Assembly: GCF_964355755.1 (NCBI RefSeq)
Contig: NC_092678.1
Location: forward strand, 1,380,422-1,444,421
Direction: 5' to 3'
Length of the DNA: 64,000 nucleotides
Source: Antedon mediterranea
Taxonomy: Eukaryota > Animalia > Echinodermata
Shown here: in pieces, positions 10,118-22,384 of the stretch
Position numbering within the stretch: the first letter of the stretch is position 1
How the letters are laid out: each line of letters starts with the position of its first letter
Program-made: the position numbers and the translations under genes
The notes under the pieces: model-generated
What the model was told of the DNA's origin: nothing
What the model saw: the letters and a program-made list of their open reading frames with translations, nothing else
Databases searched by the model: none

Positions 10118-13100
10118 GGCTCGATGGCCAAGTGGTAAGGCGTCTGTCTCGTAAACAGAAGATCATGGGTTCAAACCCCAATCGGGCCTAACTTTTGGCA
10201 CTCTGATAAATGTTAGTATTGTTTTTTTGTGAAAGTTAAATTATTCCTCGGTGGTTGGATCTATCAACATTTGAGGTCTTACATCCCGGCTCGATGGCCA
10301 AGTGGTAAGGCGTCTGTCTCGTAAACAGAAGATCATGGGTTCAAACCCCATTCGGGCCTAACTTTTAGCACTCTGATAAATGTTAGTATTGTTTTTTTGT
10401 GAAAGTTAAATTATTCCTCGGTGGTGCGATCTATCAACATTTGAGGTCTTGCATTCCGGCTCGATGGCCAAGTGGTAAGGCGTCTGTCTCGTAAACAGAA
10501 GATCATGGGTTCAAACCCCATTCGGGCCTAACTTTTGGCACTCTGATAAATGTTAGTATTGTTTTTTTGTGAAAGTTAAATTATTCCTCGGTGGTTGGAT
10601 CTATCAACATTTGAGGTCTTACATCCCGGCTCGATGGCCAAGTGGTAAGGCGTCTGTCTCGTAAACAGAAGATCATGGGTTCAAACCCCAATCGGGCCTA
10701 ACTTTTGGCACTCTGATAAATGTTAGTATTGTTTTTTTGTGAAAGTTAAATTATTCCTCGGTGTTTGGATCTATCAACATTTGAAGTCTTACATCCCGGC
10801 TCGATGGCCAAGTGGTAAGGCGTCTGTCTCGTAAACAGAAGATCATGGGTTCAAACCCCATTCGGGCCTAACTTTTGGCACTCTGATAAATGTTAGTATT
10901 GTTTTTTTGTGAAAGTTAAATTATTCCTCGGTGGTTGGATCTATCAACATTTGAGGTCTTACATCCCGGCTCGATGGCCAAGTGGTAAGGCGTCTGTCTC
11001 GTAAACAGAAGATCATGGGTTCAAACCCCATTCGGGCCTAACTTTTGGCACTCTGATAAATGTTAGTATTGTTTTTTTGTGAAAGTTAAATTATTCCTCG
11101 GTGGTTGGATCTATCAACATTTGAGGTCTTATATCCCGGCTCGATGGCCAAGTGGTAAGGCGTCTGTCTCGTAAACAGAAGATCATGGGTTCTAACCCCA
11201 TTAGGGCCTAACTTTTAGCACTCTGATAAATGTTAGTATTGTTTTTTTGTGAAAGTTAAATTATTCCTCGGTGGTGCGATCTATCAACATTTGAGGTCTT
11301 ACATTCCGGCTCGATGGCCAAGTGGTAAGGCGTCTCTCTCGTAAACAGAAGATCATGGGTTCAAACCCCATTCGGGCCTAACTTTTGGCACTCTGATAAA
11401 TGTTAGTTTTTTTTTTTTTATGAAAATTAAATTATTCCTCGGTGTTTGGATTTATCAACATTTGAAGTCTTACATCCCGGCTCGATGGCCAAGTGGTAAG
11501 GCGTCTGTCTCGTAAACAGAAGATCATGGGTTCAAACCCCATTCGGGCCTAACTTTTGGCACTCTGATAAATGTTAGTATTGTTTTTTTGTGAAAGTTAA
11601 AATATTCCTCGGTGGTGCGATCTATCAACATTTGAGGTCTTACATTCCGGCTCGATGGCCAAGTGGTAAGGCGTCTGTCTCGTAAACAGAAGATCATGGG
11701 TTCAAACCCCATTCGGGCCTAACTTTTGGCACTCTGATAAATGTTAGTATTGTTTTTTTGTGAAAGTTAAATTATTCCTCGGTGGCTGGATCTATGAACA
11801 TTTGAGGTCTTACATCCCGGCTCGATGGCCAAGTGGTAAGGCGTCTGTCTCGTAAACAGAAGATCATGGGTTCAAACCCCATTCGGGCCTAACTTTTGGC
11901 ACTCTGATAAATGTTAGTATTGTTTTTTTGTGAAAGTTAAATTATTCCTCGGTGGTGCGATCTATCATCATGTGAGGTCTTACATTCCGGCTCGAAGGCC
12001 AAGTGGTAAGGCGTCTGTCTCGTAAACAGAAGATCATGGGTTCAAACCCCATTCGGGCCTAACTTTTGGCACTCTGATAAATGTTAGTATTGTTTTTTTG
12101 TGAAAGTTAAATTATTTCTCGGTGGTTGCATCTATCAACATTTGAGGTCTTACATCCCGGCTCGATGGCCAAGTGGTAAGGCGTCTGTCTCCTAAACAGA
12201 AGATCATGTTTTCAAACCCCATTCGGGCCTAACTTTTGGCACTCTGATAAATGTTAGTATTGTTTTTTTGTGAAAGTTAAATTATTCCTCGGTGGTGCGA
12301 TCTATCAACATTTGAGGTCTTACATTCCGGCTCGATGGCCAAGTGGTAAGGCGTCTGTCTCGTAAACAGAAGATCATGGGTTCAAACCCCATTCGGGCCT
12401 AACTTTTGGCACTCTGATAAATGTTAGTTTTTTTTTTTTTATGAAAGTTAAATTATTCCTCGGTGTTTGGATTTATCAACATTTGAAGTCTTACATCCCG
12501 GCTCGATGGCCAAGTGGTAAGGCGTCTGTCTCGTAAACAGAAGATCATGGGTTCAAACCCCATTCGGGCCTAACTTTTGGCACTCTGATAAATGTTAGTA
12601 TTGTTTTTTTGTGAAAGTTAAATTATTCCTCGGTGGTGCGATCTATCAACATTTGAGGTCTTACATTCCGGCTCGATGGCCAAGTGGTAAGGCGTCTGTC
12701 TCGTAAACAGAAGATCATGGGTTCAAACCCCATTCGGGCCTAACTTTTGGCACTCTGATAAATGTTAGTATTGTTTTTTTATGAAAGTTAAATTATTCCT
12801 CGGTGGCTGGATCTATGAACATTTGAGGTCTTACATCCCGGCTCGATGGCCAAGTGGTAAGGCGTCTGTCTCGTAAACAGAAGATCATGGGTTCAAACCC
12901 CATTCGGGCCTAACTTTTGGCACTCTGATAAATGTTAGTATTGTTTTTTTGTGAAAGTTAAATTATTCCTCGGTGGTGCGATCTATCATCATTTGAGGTC
13001 TTACATTCCGGCTCGAAGGCCAAGTGGTAAGGCGTCTGTCTCGTAAACAGAAGATCATGGGTTCAAACCCCATTCGGGCCTAACTTTTGGCACTCTGATA

Positions 13101-16100
13101 AATGTTAGTATTGTTTTTTTATTGAAAGTTAAATTATTTCTCGGTGGTTGGATCTATCAACATTTGAGGTCTTACATCCCGGCTCGATGGCCAAGTGGTA
13201 AGGCGTCTGTCTCCTAAACAGAAGATCATGGTTTCAAACCCCATTCGGGCCTAACTTTTGGCACTCTGATAAATGTTAGTATTGTTTTTTTGTGAAAGTT
13301 AATTTATTCCTCGGTGGTTAGATCTATCAACATTTGAGGTGTTACATCCCGGCTCGATGGCCAAGTGGTAAGGCGTCTGTCTCGTAAACAGAAGATCATG
13401 GGTTCAAACCCCATTCGGGCCTAACTTTTAGCACTCTGATAAATGTTAGTATTGTTTTTTTTGTGAAAGTTAAATTATTCCTCGGTGGTGCGATCTATCA
13501 ACATTTGAGGTCTTACATTCCGGCTCGATGGCCAAGTGGTAAGGCGTCTGTCTCGTAAACAGAAGATCATGGGTTCAAACCCCATTCGGGCCTGACTTTT
13601 GGCACTCTGATAAATGTTAGTTTTTTTTTTTTATGAAAGTTAAATTATTCCTCGGTGTTTGGATTTATCAACATTTGAAGTCTTACATCCCGGCTCGATG
13701 GCCAAGTGGTAAGGCGTCTGTCTCGTAAACAGAAGATCATGGGTTCAAACCCCATTCGGGCCTAACTTTTGGCACTCTGATAAATGTTAGTATTGTTTTT
13801 TTGTGAAAGTTAAATTATTCCTCGGTGGTGCGATCTATCAACATTTGAGGTCTTACATTCCGGCTCGATGGCCAAGTGGTAAGGCGTCTGTCTCGTAAAC
13901 AGAAGATCATGGGTTCAAACCCCATTCGGGCCTAACTTTTGGCACTCTGATAAATGTTAGTATTGTTTTTTTATGAAAGTTAAATTATTCCTCGGTGGCT
14001 GGATCTATGAACATTTGAGGTCTTACATCCCGGCTCGATGGTCAAGTGGTAAGGCGTCTGTCTCGTAAACAGAAGATCATGGGTTCAAACCCCATTCGGG
14101 CCTAACTTTTGGCACTCTGATAAATGTTAGTATTGTTTTTTTGTGAAAGTTAAATTATTCCTCGGTGGTGCGATCTATCATCATTTGAGGTCTTACATTC
14201 CGGCTCGAAGGCCAAGTGGTAAGGCGTCTGTCTCGTAAACAGAAGATCATGGGTTCAAACCCCATTCGGGCCTAACTTTTGGCACTCTGATAAATGTTAG
14301 TATTGTTTTTTTGTGAAAGTTAAATTATTTCTCGGTGGTTGGATCTATCAACATTTGAGGTCTTACATCCCGGCTCGATGGCCAAGTGGTAAGGCGTCTG
14401 TCTCCTAAACAGAAGATCATGGTTTCAAACCCCATTCGGGCCTAACTTTTGGCACTCTGATAAATGTTAGTATTGTTTTTTTGTGAAAGTTAATTTATTC
14501 CTCGGTGGTTAGATCTATCAACATTTGAGGTGTTACATCCCGGCTCGATGGCCAAGTGGTAAGGCGTCTGTCTCGTAAACAGAAGATCATGGGTTCAAAC
14601 CCCATTCGGGCCTAACTTTTAGCACTCTGATAAATGTTAGTATTGTTTTTTTTGTGAAAGTTAAATTATTCCTCGGTGGTGCGATCTATCAACATTTGAG
14701 GTCTTACATTCCGGCTCGATGGCCAAGTGGTAAGGCGTCTGTCTCGTAAACAGAAGATCATGGGTTCAAACCCCATTCGGGCCTGACTTTTGGCACTCTG
14801 ATAAATGTTAGTATTGTTTTTTTATGAAAGTTAAATTATTCCTCAGTGTTTGGATCTATCAACATTTGAAGTCTTACATCCCGGCTCGATGGACAAGTGG
14901 TAAGGCGTCTGTCTCGTAAACAGAAGATCATGGGTTCAAACCCCATTCGGGCCTAACTTTTGGCACTCTGATAAATGTTAGTATTGTTTTTTTATGATAG
15001 TTAAATTATTATATTTCTCGGTGGTGCGATCTATCAACATTTGAGGTCTTACGTTCCGGCTCGATGGCCAAGTGGTAAGGCGTCTGTCTCGTAAACAGAA
15101 GATCATGGTTTCAAACCCCATTCGGGCCTAACTTTTGGCACTCTGATAAATGTTAGTATTGTTTTTTTATGAAAGTTAAATTATTCCTCGGTGGTTGGCT
15201 CTATCAACATTTGAGGTCTTACATTCCGGCTCGATGGCCAAGTGGTAAGGCGTCTGTCTCGTAAACAGAAGATCATGGGTTCAAACCCCATTCGGGCCTG
15301 ACTTTTGGCACTCTGATAAATGTTAGTATTGTTTTTTTATGAAAATTAAATTATTTCTCGGTGGTGCGATCTATCAACATTTGAGGTCTTACATTCCGGC
15401 TCGATGGCCAAGTAGTAAGGCGTCTGTCTCGTAAACAGAAGATCATGGGTTCAAACCCCATTCGGGCCTAACTTTTGGCACTCTGATAAATGTTAGTATT
15501 GTTTTTTTATGAAAGTTAAATTATTCCTCGGTGGCTGGATCTATGAACATTTGAGGTCTTACATCCCGGCTCGATGGCCAAGTGGTAAGGCGTCTGTCTC
15601 GTAAACAGAAGATCATGGGTTCAAACCCCATTCGGGCCTAACTTTTGGCACTCTGATAAATGTTAGTATTGTTTTTTTGTGAAAGTTAAATTATTCCTCG
15701 GTGGTGCGATCTATCATCATTTGAGGTCTTACATTCCGGCTCGAAGGCCAAGTGGTAAGGCGTCTGTCTCGTAAACAGAAGATCATGGGTTCAAACCCCA
15801 TTCGGGCCTAACTTTTGGCACTCTGATAAATGTTAGTATTGTTTTTTTGTGAAAGTTAAATTATTTCTCGGTGGTTGGATCTATCAACATTTGAGGTCTT
15901 ACATCCCGGCTCGATGGCCAAGTGGTAAGGCGTCTGTCTCCTAAACAGAAGATCATGGTTTCAAACCCCATTCGGGCCTAACTTTTGGCACTCTGATAAA
16001 TGTTAGTATTGTTTTTTTGTGAAAGTTAATTTATTCCTCGGTGGTTAGATCTATCAACATTTGAGGTGTTACATCCCGGCTCGATGGCCAAGTGGTAAGG

Positions 16101-19100
16101 CGTCTGTCTCGTAAACAGAAGATCATGGGTTCAAACCCCATTCGGGCCTAACTTTTAGCACTCTGATAAATGTTAGTATTGTTTTTTTTGTGAAAGTTAA
16201 ATTATTCCTCGGTGGTGCGATCTATCAACATTTGAGGTCTTACATTCCGGCTCGATGGCCAAGTGGTAAGGCGTCTGTCTCGTAAACAGAAGATCATGGG
16301 TTCAAACCCCATTCGGGCCTGACTTTTGGCACTCTGATAAATGTTAGTTTTTTTTTTTTATGAAAGTTAAATTATTCCTCGGTGTTTGGATTTATCAACA
16401 TTTGAAGTCTTACATCCCGGCTCGATGGCCAAGTGGTAAGGCGTCTGTCTCGTAAACAGAAGATCATGGGTTCAAACCCCATTCGGGCCTAACTTTTGGC
16501 ACTCTGATAAATGTTAGTATTGTTTTTTTGTGAAAGTTAAATTATTCCTCGGTGGTGCGATCTATCAACATTTGAGGTCTTACATTCCGGCTCGATGGCC
16601 AAGTGGTAAGGCGTCTGTCTCGTAAACAGAAGATCATGGGTTCAAACCCCATTCGGGCCTAACTTTTGGCACTCTGATAAATGTTAGTATTGTTTTTTTA
16701 TGAAAGTTAAATTATTCCTCGGTGGCTGGATCTATGAACATTTGAGGTCTTACATCCCGGCTCGATGGTCAAGTGGTAAGGCGTCTGTCTCGTAAACAGA
16801 AGATCATGGGTTCAAACCCCATTCGGGCCTAACTTTTGGCACTCTGATAAATGTTAGTATTGTTTTTTTGTGAAAGTTAAATTATTCCTCGGTGGTGCGA
16901 TCTATCATCATTTGAGGTCTTACATTCCGGCTCGAAGGCCAAGTGGTAAGGCGTCTGTCTCGTAAACAGAAGATCATGGGTTCAAACCCCATTCGGGCCT
17001 AACTTTTGGCACTCTGATAAATGTTAGTATTGTTTTTTTGTGAAAGTTAAATTATTTCTCGGTGGTTGGATCTATCAACATTTGAGGTCTTACATCCCGG
17101 CTCGATGGCCAAGTGGTAAGGCGTCTGTCTCCTAAACAGAAGATCATGGTTTCAAACCCCATTCGGGCCTAACTTTTGGCACTCTGATAAATGTTAGTAT
17201 TGTTTTTTTGTGAAAGTTAATTTATTCCTCGGTGGTTAGATCTATCAACATTTGAGGTGTTACATCCCGGCTCGATGGCCAAGTGGTAAGGCGTCTGTCT
17301 CGTAAACAGAAGATCATGGGTTCAAACCCCATTCGGGCCTAACTTTTAGCACTCTGATAAATGTTAGTATTGTTTTTTTTGTGAAAGTTAAATTATTCCT
17401 CGGTGGTGCGATCTATCAACATTTGAGGTCTTACATTCCGGCTCGATGGCCAAGTGGTAAGGCGTCTGTCTCGTAAACAGAAGATCATGGGTTCAAACCC
17501 CATTCGGGCCTGACTTTTGGCACTCTGATAAATGTTAGTATTGTTTTTTTATGAAAGTTAAATTATTCCTCAGTGTTTGGATCTATCAACATTTGAAGTC
17601 TTACATCCCGGCTCGATGGACAAGTGGTAAGGCGTCTGTCTCGTAAACAGAAGATCATGGGTTCAAACCCCATTCGGGCCTAACTTTTGGCACTCTGATA
17701 AATGTTAGTATTGTTTTTTTATGATAGTTAAATTATTATATTTCTCGGTGGTGCGATCTATCAACATTTGAGGTCTTACGTTCCGGCTCGATGGCCAAGT
17801 GGTAAGGCGTCTGTCTCGTAAACAGAAGATCATGGTTTCAAACCCCATTCGGGCCTAACTTTTGGCACTCTGATAAATGTTAGTATTGTTTTTTTATGAA
17901 AGTTAAATTATTCCTCGGTGGTTGGCTCTATCAACATTTGAGGTCTTACATTCCGGCTCGATGGCCAAGTGGTAAGGCGTCTGTCTCGTAAACAGAAGAT
18001 CATGGGTTCAAACCCCATTCGGGCCTGACTTTTGGCACTCTGATAAATGTTAGTATTGTTTTTTTATGAAAATTAAATTATTTCTCGGTGGTGCGATCTA
18101 TCAACATTTGAGGTCTTACATTCCGGCTCGATGGCCAAGTGGTAAGGCGTCTGTCTCGTAAACAGAAGATCATGGGTTCAAACCCCATTCGGGCCTAACT
18201 TTTGGCACTCTGATAAATGTTAGTATTGTTTTTTTATGAAAGTTAAATTATTCCTCGGTGGCTGGATCTATGAACATTTGAGGTCTTACATCCCGGCTCG
18301 ATGGCCAAGTGGTAAGGCGTCTGTCTCGTAAACAGAAGATCATGGGTTCAAACCCCATTCGGGCCTAACTTTTGGCACTCTGATAAATGTTAGTATTGTT
18401 TTTTTGTGAAAGTTAAATTATTCCTCGGTGGTGCGATCTATCATCATTTGAGGTCTTACATTCCGGCTCGAAGGCCAAGTGGTAAGGCGTCTGTCTCGTA
18501 AACAGAAGATCATGGGTTCAAACCCCATTCGGGCCTAACTTTTGGCACTCTGATAAATGTTAGTATTGTTTTTTTGTGAAAGTTAAATTATTTCTCGGTG
18601 GTTGGATCTATCAACATTTGAGGTCTTACATCCCGGCTCGATGGCCAAGTGGTAAGGCGTCTGTCTCCTAAACAGAAGATCATGGTTTCAAACCCCATTC
18701 GGGCCTAACTTTTGGCACTCTGATAAATGTTAGTATTGTTTTTTTGTGAAAGTTAATTTATTCCTCGGTGGTTAGATCTATCAACATTTGAGGTGTTACA
18801 TCCCGGCTCGATGGCCAAGTGGTAAGGCGTCTGTCTCGTAAACAGAAGATCATGGGTTCAAACCCCATTCGGGCCTAACTTTTAGCACTCTGATAAATGT
18901 TAGTATTGTTTTTTTTGTGAAAGTTAAATTATTCCTCGGTGGTGCGATCTATCAACATTTGAGGTCTTACATTCCGGCTCGATGGCCAAGTGGTAAGGCG
19001 TCTGTCTCGTAAACAGAAGATCATGGGTTCAAACCCCATTCGGGCCTGACTTTTGGCACTCTGATAAATGTTAGTTTTTTTTTTTTATGAAAGTTAAATT

Positions 19101-20509
19101 ATTCCTCGGTGTTTGGATTTATCAACATTTGAAGTCTTACATCCCGGCTCGATGGCCAAGTGGTAAGGCGTCTGTCTCGTAAACAGAAGATCATGGGTTC
19201 AAACCCCATTCGGGCCTAACTTTTGGCACTCTGATAAATGTTAGTATTGTTTTTTTGTGAAAGTTAAATTATTCCTCGGTGGTGCGATCTATCAACATTT
19301 GAGGTCTTACATTCCGGCTCGATGGCCAAGTGGTAAGGCGTCTGTCTCGTAAACAGAAGATCATGGGTTCAAACCCCATTCGGGCCTAACTTTTGGCACT
19401 CTGATAAATGTTAGTATTGTTTTTTTATGAAAGTTAAATTATTCCTCGGTGGCTGGATCTATGAACATTTGAGGTCTTACATCCCGGCTCGATGGCCAAG
19501 TGGTAAGGCGTCTGTCTCGTAAACAGAAGATCATGGGTTCAAACCCCATTCGGGCCTAACTTTTGGCACTCTGATAAATGTTAGTATTGTTTTTTTGTGA
19601 AAGTTAAATTATTCCTCGGTGGTGCGATCTATCATCATTTGAGGTCTTACATTCCGGCTCGAAGGCCAAGTGGTAAGGCGTCTGTCTCGTAAACAGAAGA
19701 TCATGGGTTCAAACCCCATTCGGGCCTAACTTTTGGCACTCTGATAAATGTTAGTATTGTTTTTTTATGAAAGTTAAATTATTCCTCGGTGGTGCGATCT
19801 ATCAACATTTGAGGTCTTACATCCCGGCTCAATGGCCAAGTGGTAAGGCGTCTGTCTCGTAAACAGAAGATCATGGGTTCAAACCCCATTCGGGCCTAAC
19901 TTTTGGCACTCTGATAAATGTTAGTATTGTTTTTTTATGAAAGTTAAATTATTCCTCGGTGGTTGGATCTATCAACATTTGAGGTCTTACATTCTGGCTC
20001 GATGGCCAAGTGGTAAGGCGTCTGTCTCGTAAACAGAAGATCATGGGTTCAAACCCCATTCGGGCCTGACTTTTGGCACTCTGATAAATGTTAGTATTGT
20101 TTTTTTATGAAAGTTAAATTATTTCTCGGTGGTGCGATCTATCAACATTTGAGGTCTTACGTTCCGGCTCGATGGCCAAGTGGTAAGGCGTCTGTCTCGT
20201 AAACAGAAGATCATGGTTTCAAACCCCATTCGGGCCTAACTTTTGGCACTCTGATAAATGTTAGTATTGTTTTTTTGTGAAAGTTAAATTATTCCTCGGT
20301 GGTGCCATCTATCAACATTTGAGGTCTTACATTCCGGCTCGATGGCCAAGTGGTAAGGCGTCTGTCTCGTAAACAGAAGATCATGGGTTCAAACCCCATT
20401 CGGGCCTAACTTTTGGCACTCTGATAAATGTTAGTATTGTTTTTTTATGAAAGTTAAATTATTCCTCGGTGGAAACAGAAGATCATGGGTTCAAACCCCA
20501 TTCGGGCCT
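10118..20509 (+). tRNA. trnT-CGT: Homogeneous tandem array of 61 tRNA-Thr(CGT)-type genes (~170-bp unit) plus a terminal 3'-half copy at 20473-20509
   Basis: Copies start at 10118, 10288, ... 20336. Each is GGCTCGATGGCCAAGTGG...TTCGGGCCT followed by TTTT and a longer T-run. By my count about 35 are consensus and about 26 carry point variants. Confidence 0.95.
13181..13252 (+). pseudogene. tRNA-Thr body with CCT anticodon and G53T B-box change (also at 12159, 14372, 15908, 17099, 18635)
   Basis: Loop reads CTCCTAA and T-arm reads ATGGTTTCAAACCCCAT. Confidence 0.8.
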
Positions 20510-22384
20510 GATGTCGATTATGCGTTGAATCTATTGTTTGATCTATCAATCTATAGATTTTCATCATCAATTTATTGTTTAAAAAGCAGTTTTTTTGTAT
20601 CAAAAAGGGTACGCGCACGCAACCTCTGGTTATCCTGTCGCCAATTGCCTCCGTTACACTGCATGTTTACTTTTTTAATGTGGCCGATTCAGTCTGCAAA
20701 TTGCAGTCAATTGCCTCATATTTAGTGTTCGTTAAATTGGAATTACTTTCCTGTGACGTCAGCTAGAGCCTTATGAAGACTAATTAGGCGGTTAAAATAC
20801 GTTTATTGTTCCTGTGAATAATGAATCATGATTTTGAATCTAAAATCCACATGAAAATGTATATCTGAAGGCCATGCGCTAGATTTGAAGTGGGTTGTGA
20901 TGGGGATGGGATGAGACGCGGGAATATGGGTTATAAGTGTACCTGTGATAGTAGGCCTACCATAGCAACTAGTAGGCCTACCATAGCAACTAGTTTATGG
21001 GATTATAATAACAATAAAATATACAATGAATACACCATACAACGTTATAATGCTTGCTTTCCACTTGAACGCAACGACGTGGGCGCAACTCAGTATCTTT
21101 GATCACAAGCGATAGTTCAATAGCGTCGTGATTGGTCAAATTACTTGCGATGCGCTTACGTCCTCAGTGCGCAAGTAGAAACAAATGCAAAGTGCATGTG
21201 TATAACTTACATGCGCAACAGCTATCCTTTGTAGTACAGTACATGATATACATATAAAAATGGGATGGTGATTTGTTCAATAGAATAGGAGAGATGAGGA
21301 TGGATAGTAGGCCTAGCTACCGTAGGGCTATATTTTTTCCAAACTATCGCGATACTAATATGCGTTCACTACCGTATGTGAATTATCGCGTAGTCAAACC
21401 ATTGACACAATGCCAGTAACGTGAAAATTGTCTACATCTGGGGTGGAGGAGGGTGCGCGGTTATAAACGCTTGTTGTAGCGATTGATAAGATACGGATAG
21501 CGAGATCAGATATTCCATTACTATCAATGTCATGATTCAACGTAAAAATTGAAGAACGTAAAAAAAAAAACTACCCCAAGCCTTTTAAAGATGTGAGTAT
21601 TGTTGATACATTACATTTTAAGTACCATAATGTGTCATTTTCCTCAACATTGTCATGTTGTAACTATTTTAGATATTAATAAAAATATTTATCACATAAT
21701 ACTTAAATGTCATTTTTAGCTTTGTTATTAATCCGTAGGTTTTAAATTTGTCATTTAGATGTTCGATAGATCTTTAGGCTTAATTTCTTAATTCTAAACG
21801 TATCCTTTTGAGTGCCACTAGATCACATTACGATCAACATAAATTTACTATTTTCAGTGAATATTGTAACCTCTATCTGTCCGTTTCTAAAAATATATGC
21901 ATTACAGACACATTTATAGTATTAAGAGTATCTGTAATAAGCCCTCGTTTAGGCTCTGCTAAGTGGCTAGGCCAATTGTCTATGATTAGTCTTTGTAGAA
22001 GGTTCATTGTTCGTCATTCGCCCGGTTCCTAAACCACGGCTTAGTAAACAACTTGAGATATATTTTCTTCAAACAGTTTCAGCAACTAGCTGGAAAATAA
22101 CTTTTTTATTTAAAATGCAGTTTCTTTATTTATTTAGGGTAGAAGTGGAGATCGCGTTGATTTAACGCTTTTGTGAACTTTACAGAATTCATTCTGTAGA
22201 AGTGTCGTTTCTGCTGAAAAAAAGGGAAACGGAAAGTGCGTCCATTTAAGTACAGTCGGTCTATTTTGCGAACTTTACGGAAGTCATTCTGTAAAAGTGT
22301 CCTTTACTGAAAGAAAGAAGCGGAGAGTGTGTCAATTGGAACTATTTGTGAACTAAACGGAAGTACTTCTGAAGAAAACTTAAG

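Noticed and set aside
11524-11712. 62-aa minus-strand ORF, and the 20447-20725 ORF
   Set aside because: Chance frames across tRNA units.
7205-20407. Reading the anticodon as TCG (Arg), or treating the units as SINEs
   Set aside because: The 7-nt loop CTCGTAA centres on CGT. The body ends exactly at the discriminator base followed by a T-run, with no SINE body, tail or TSDs.
10118-20509. CRISPR-like repeat-spacer appearance of the array
   Set aside because: The repeats are tRNA genes, the spacers are near-identical rather than unique, the context is eukaryotic and there are no cas genes.
21050-21190. Palindromic segments at 21050-21190, 34310-34400, 36955-37082 and 44599-44722 as candidate ncRNA or pre-miRNA hairpins
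   Set aside because: They are decayed relatives of MITE family A (CCAATCACAAGCG / GTGATTGGTCAA / GGGAACCAAGCT).
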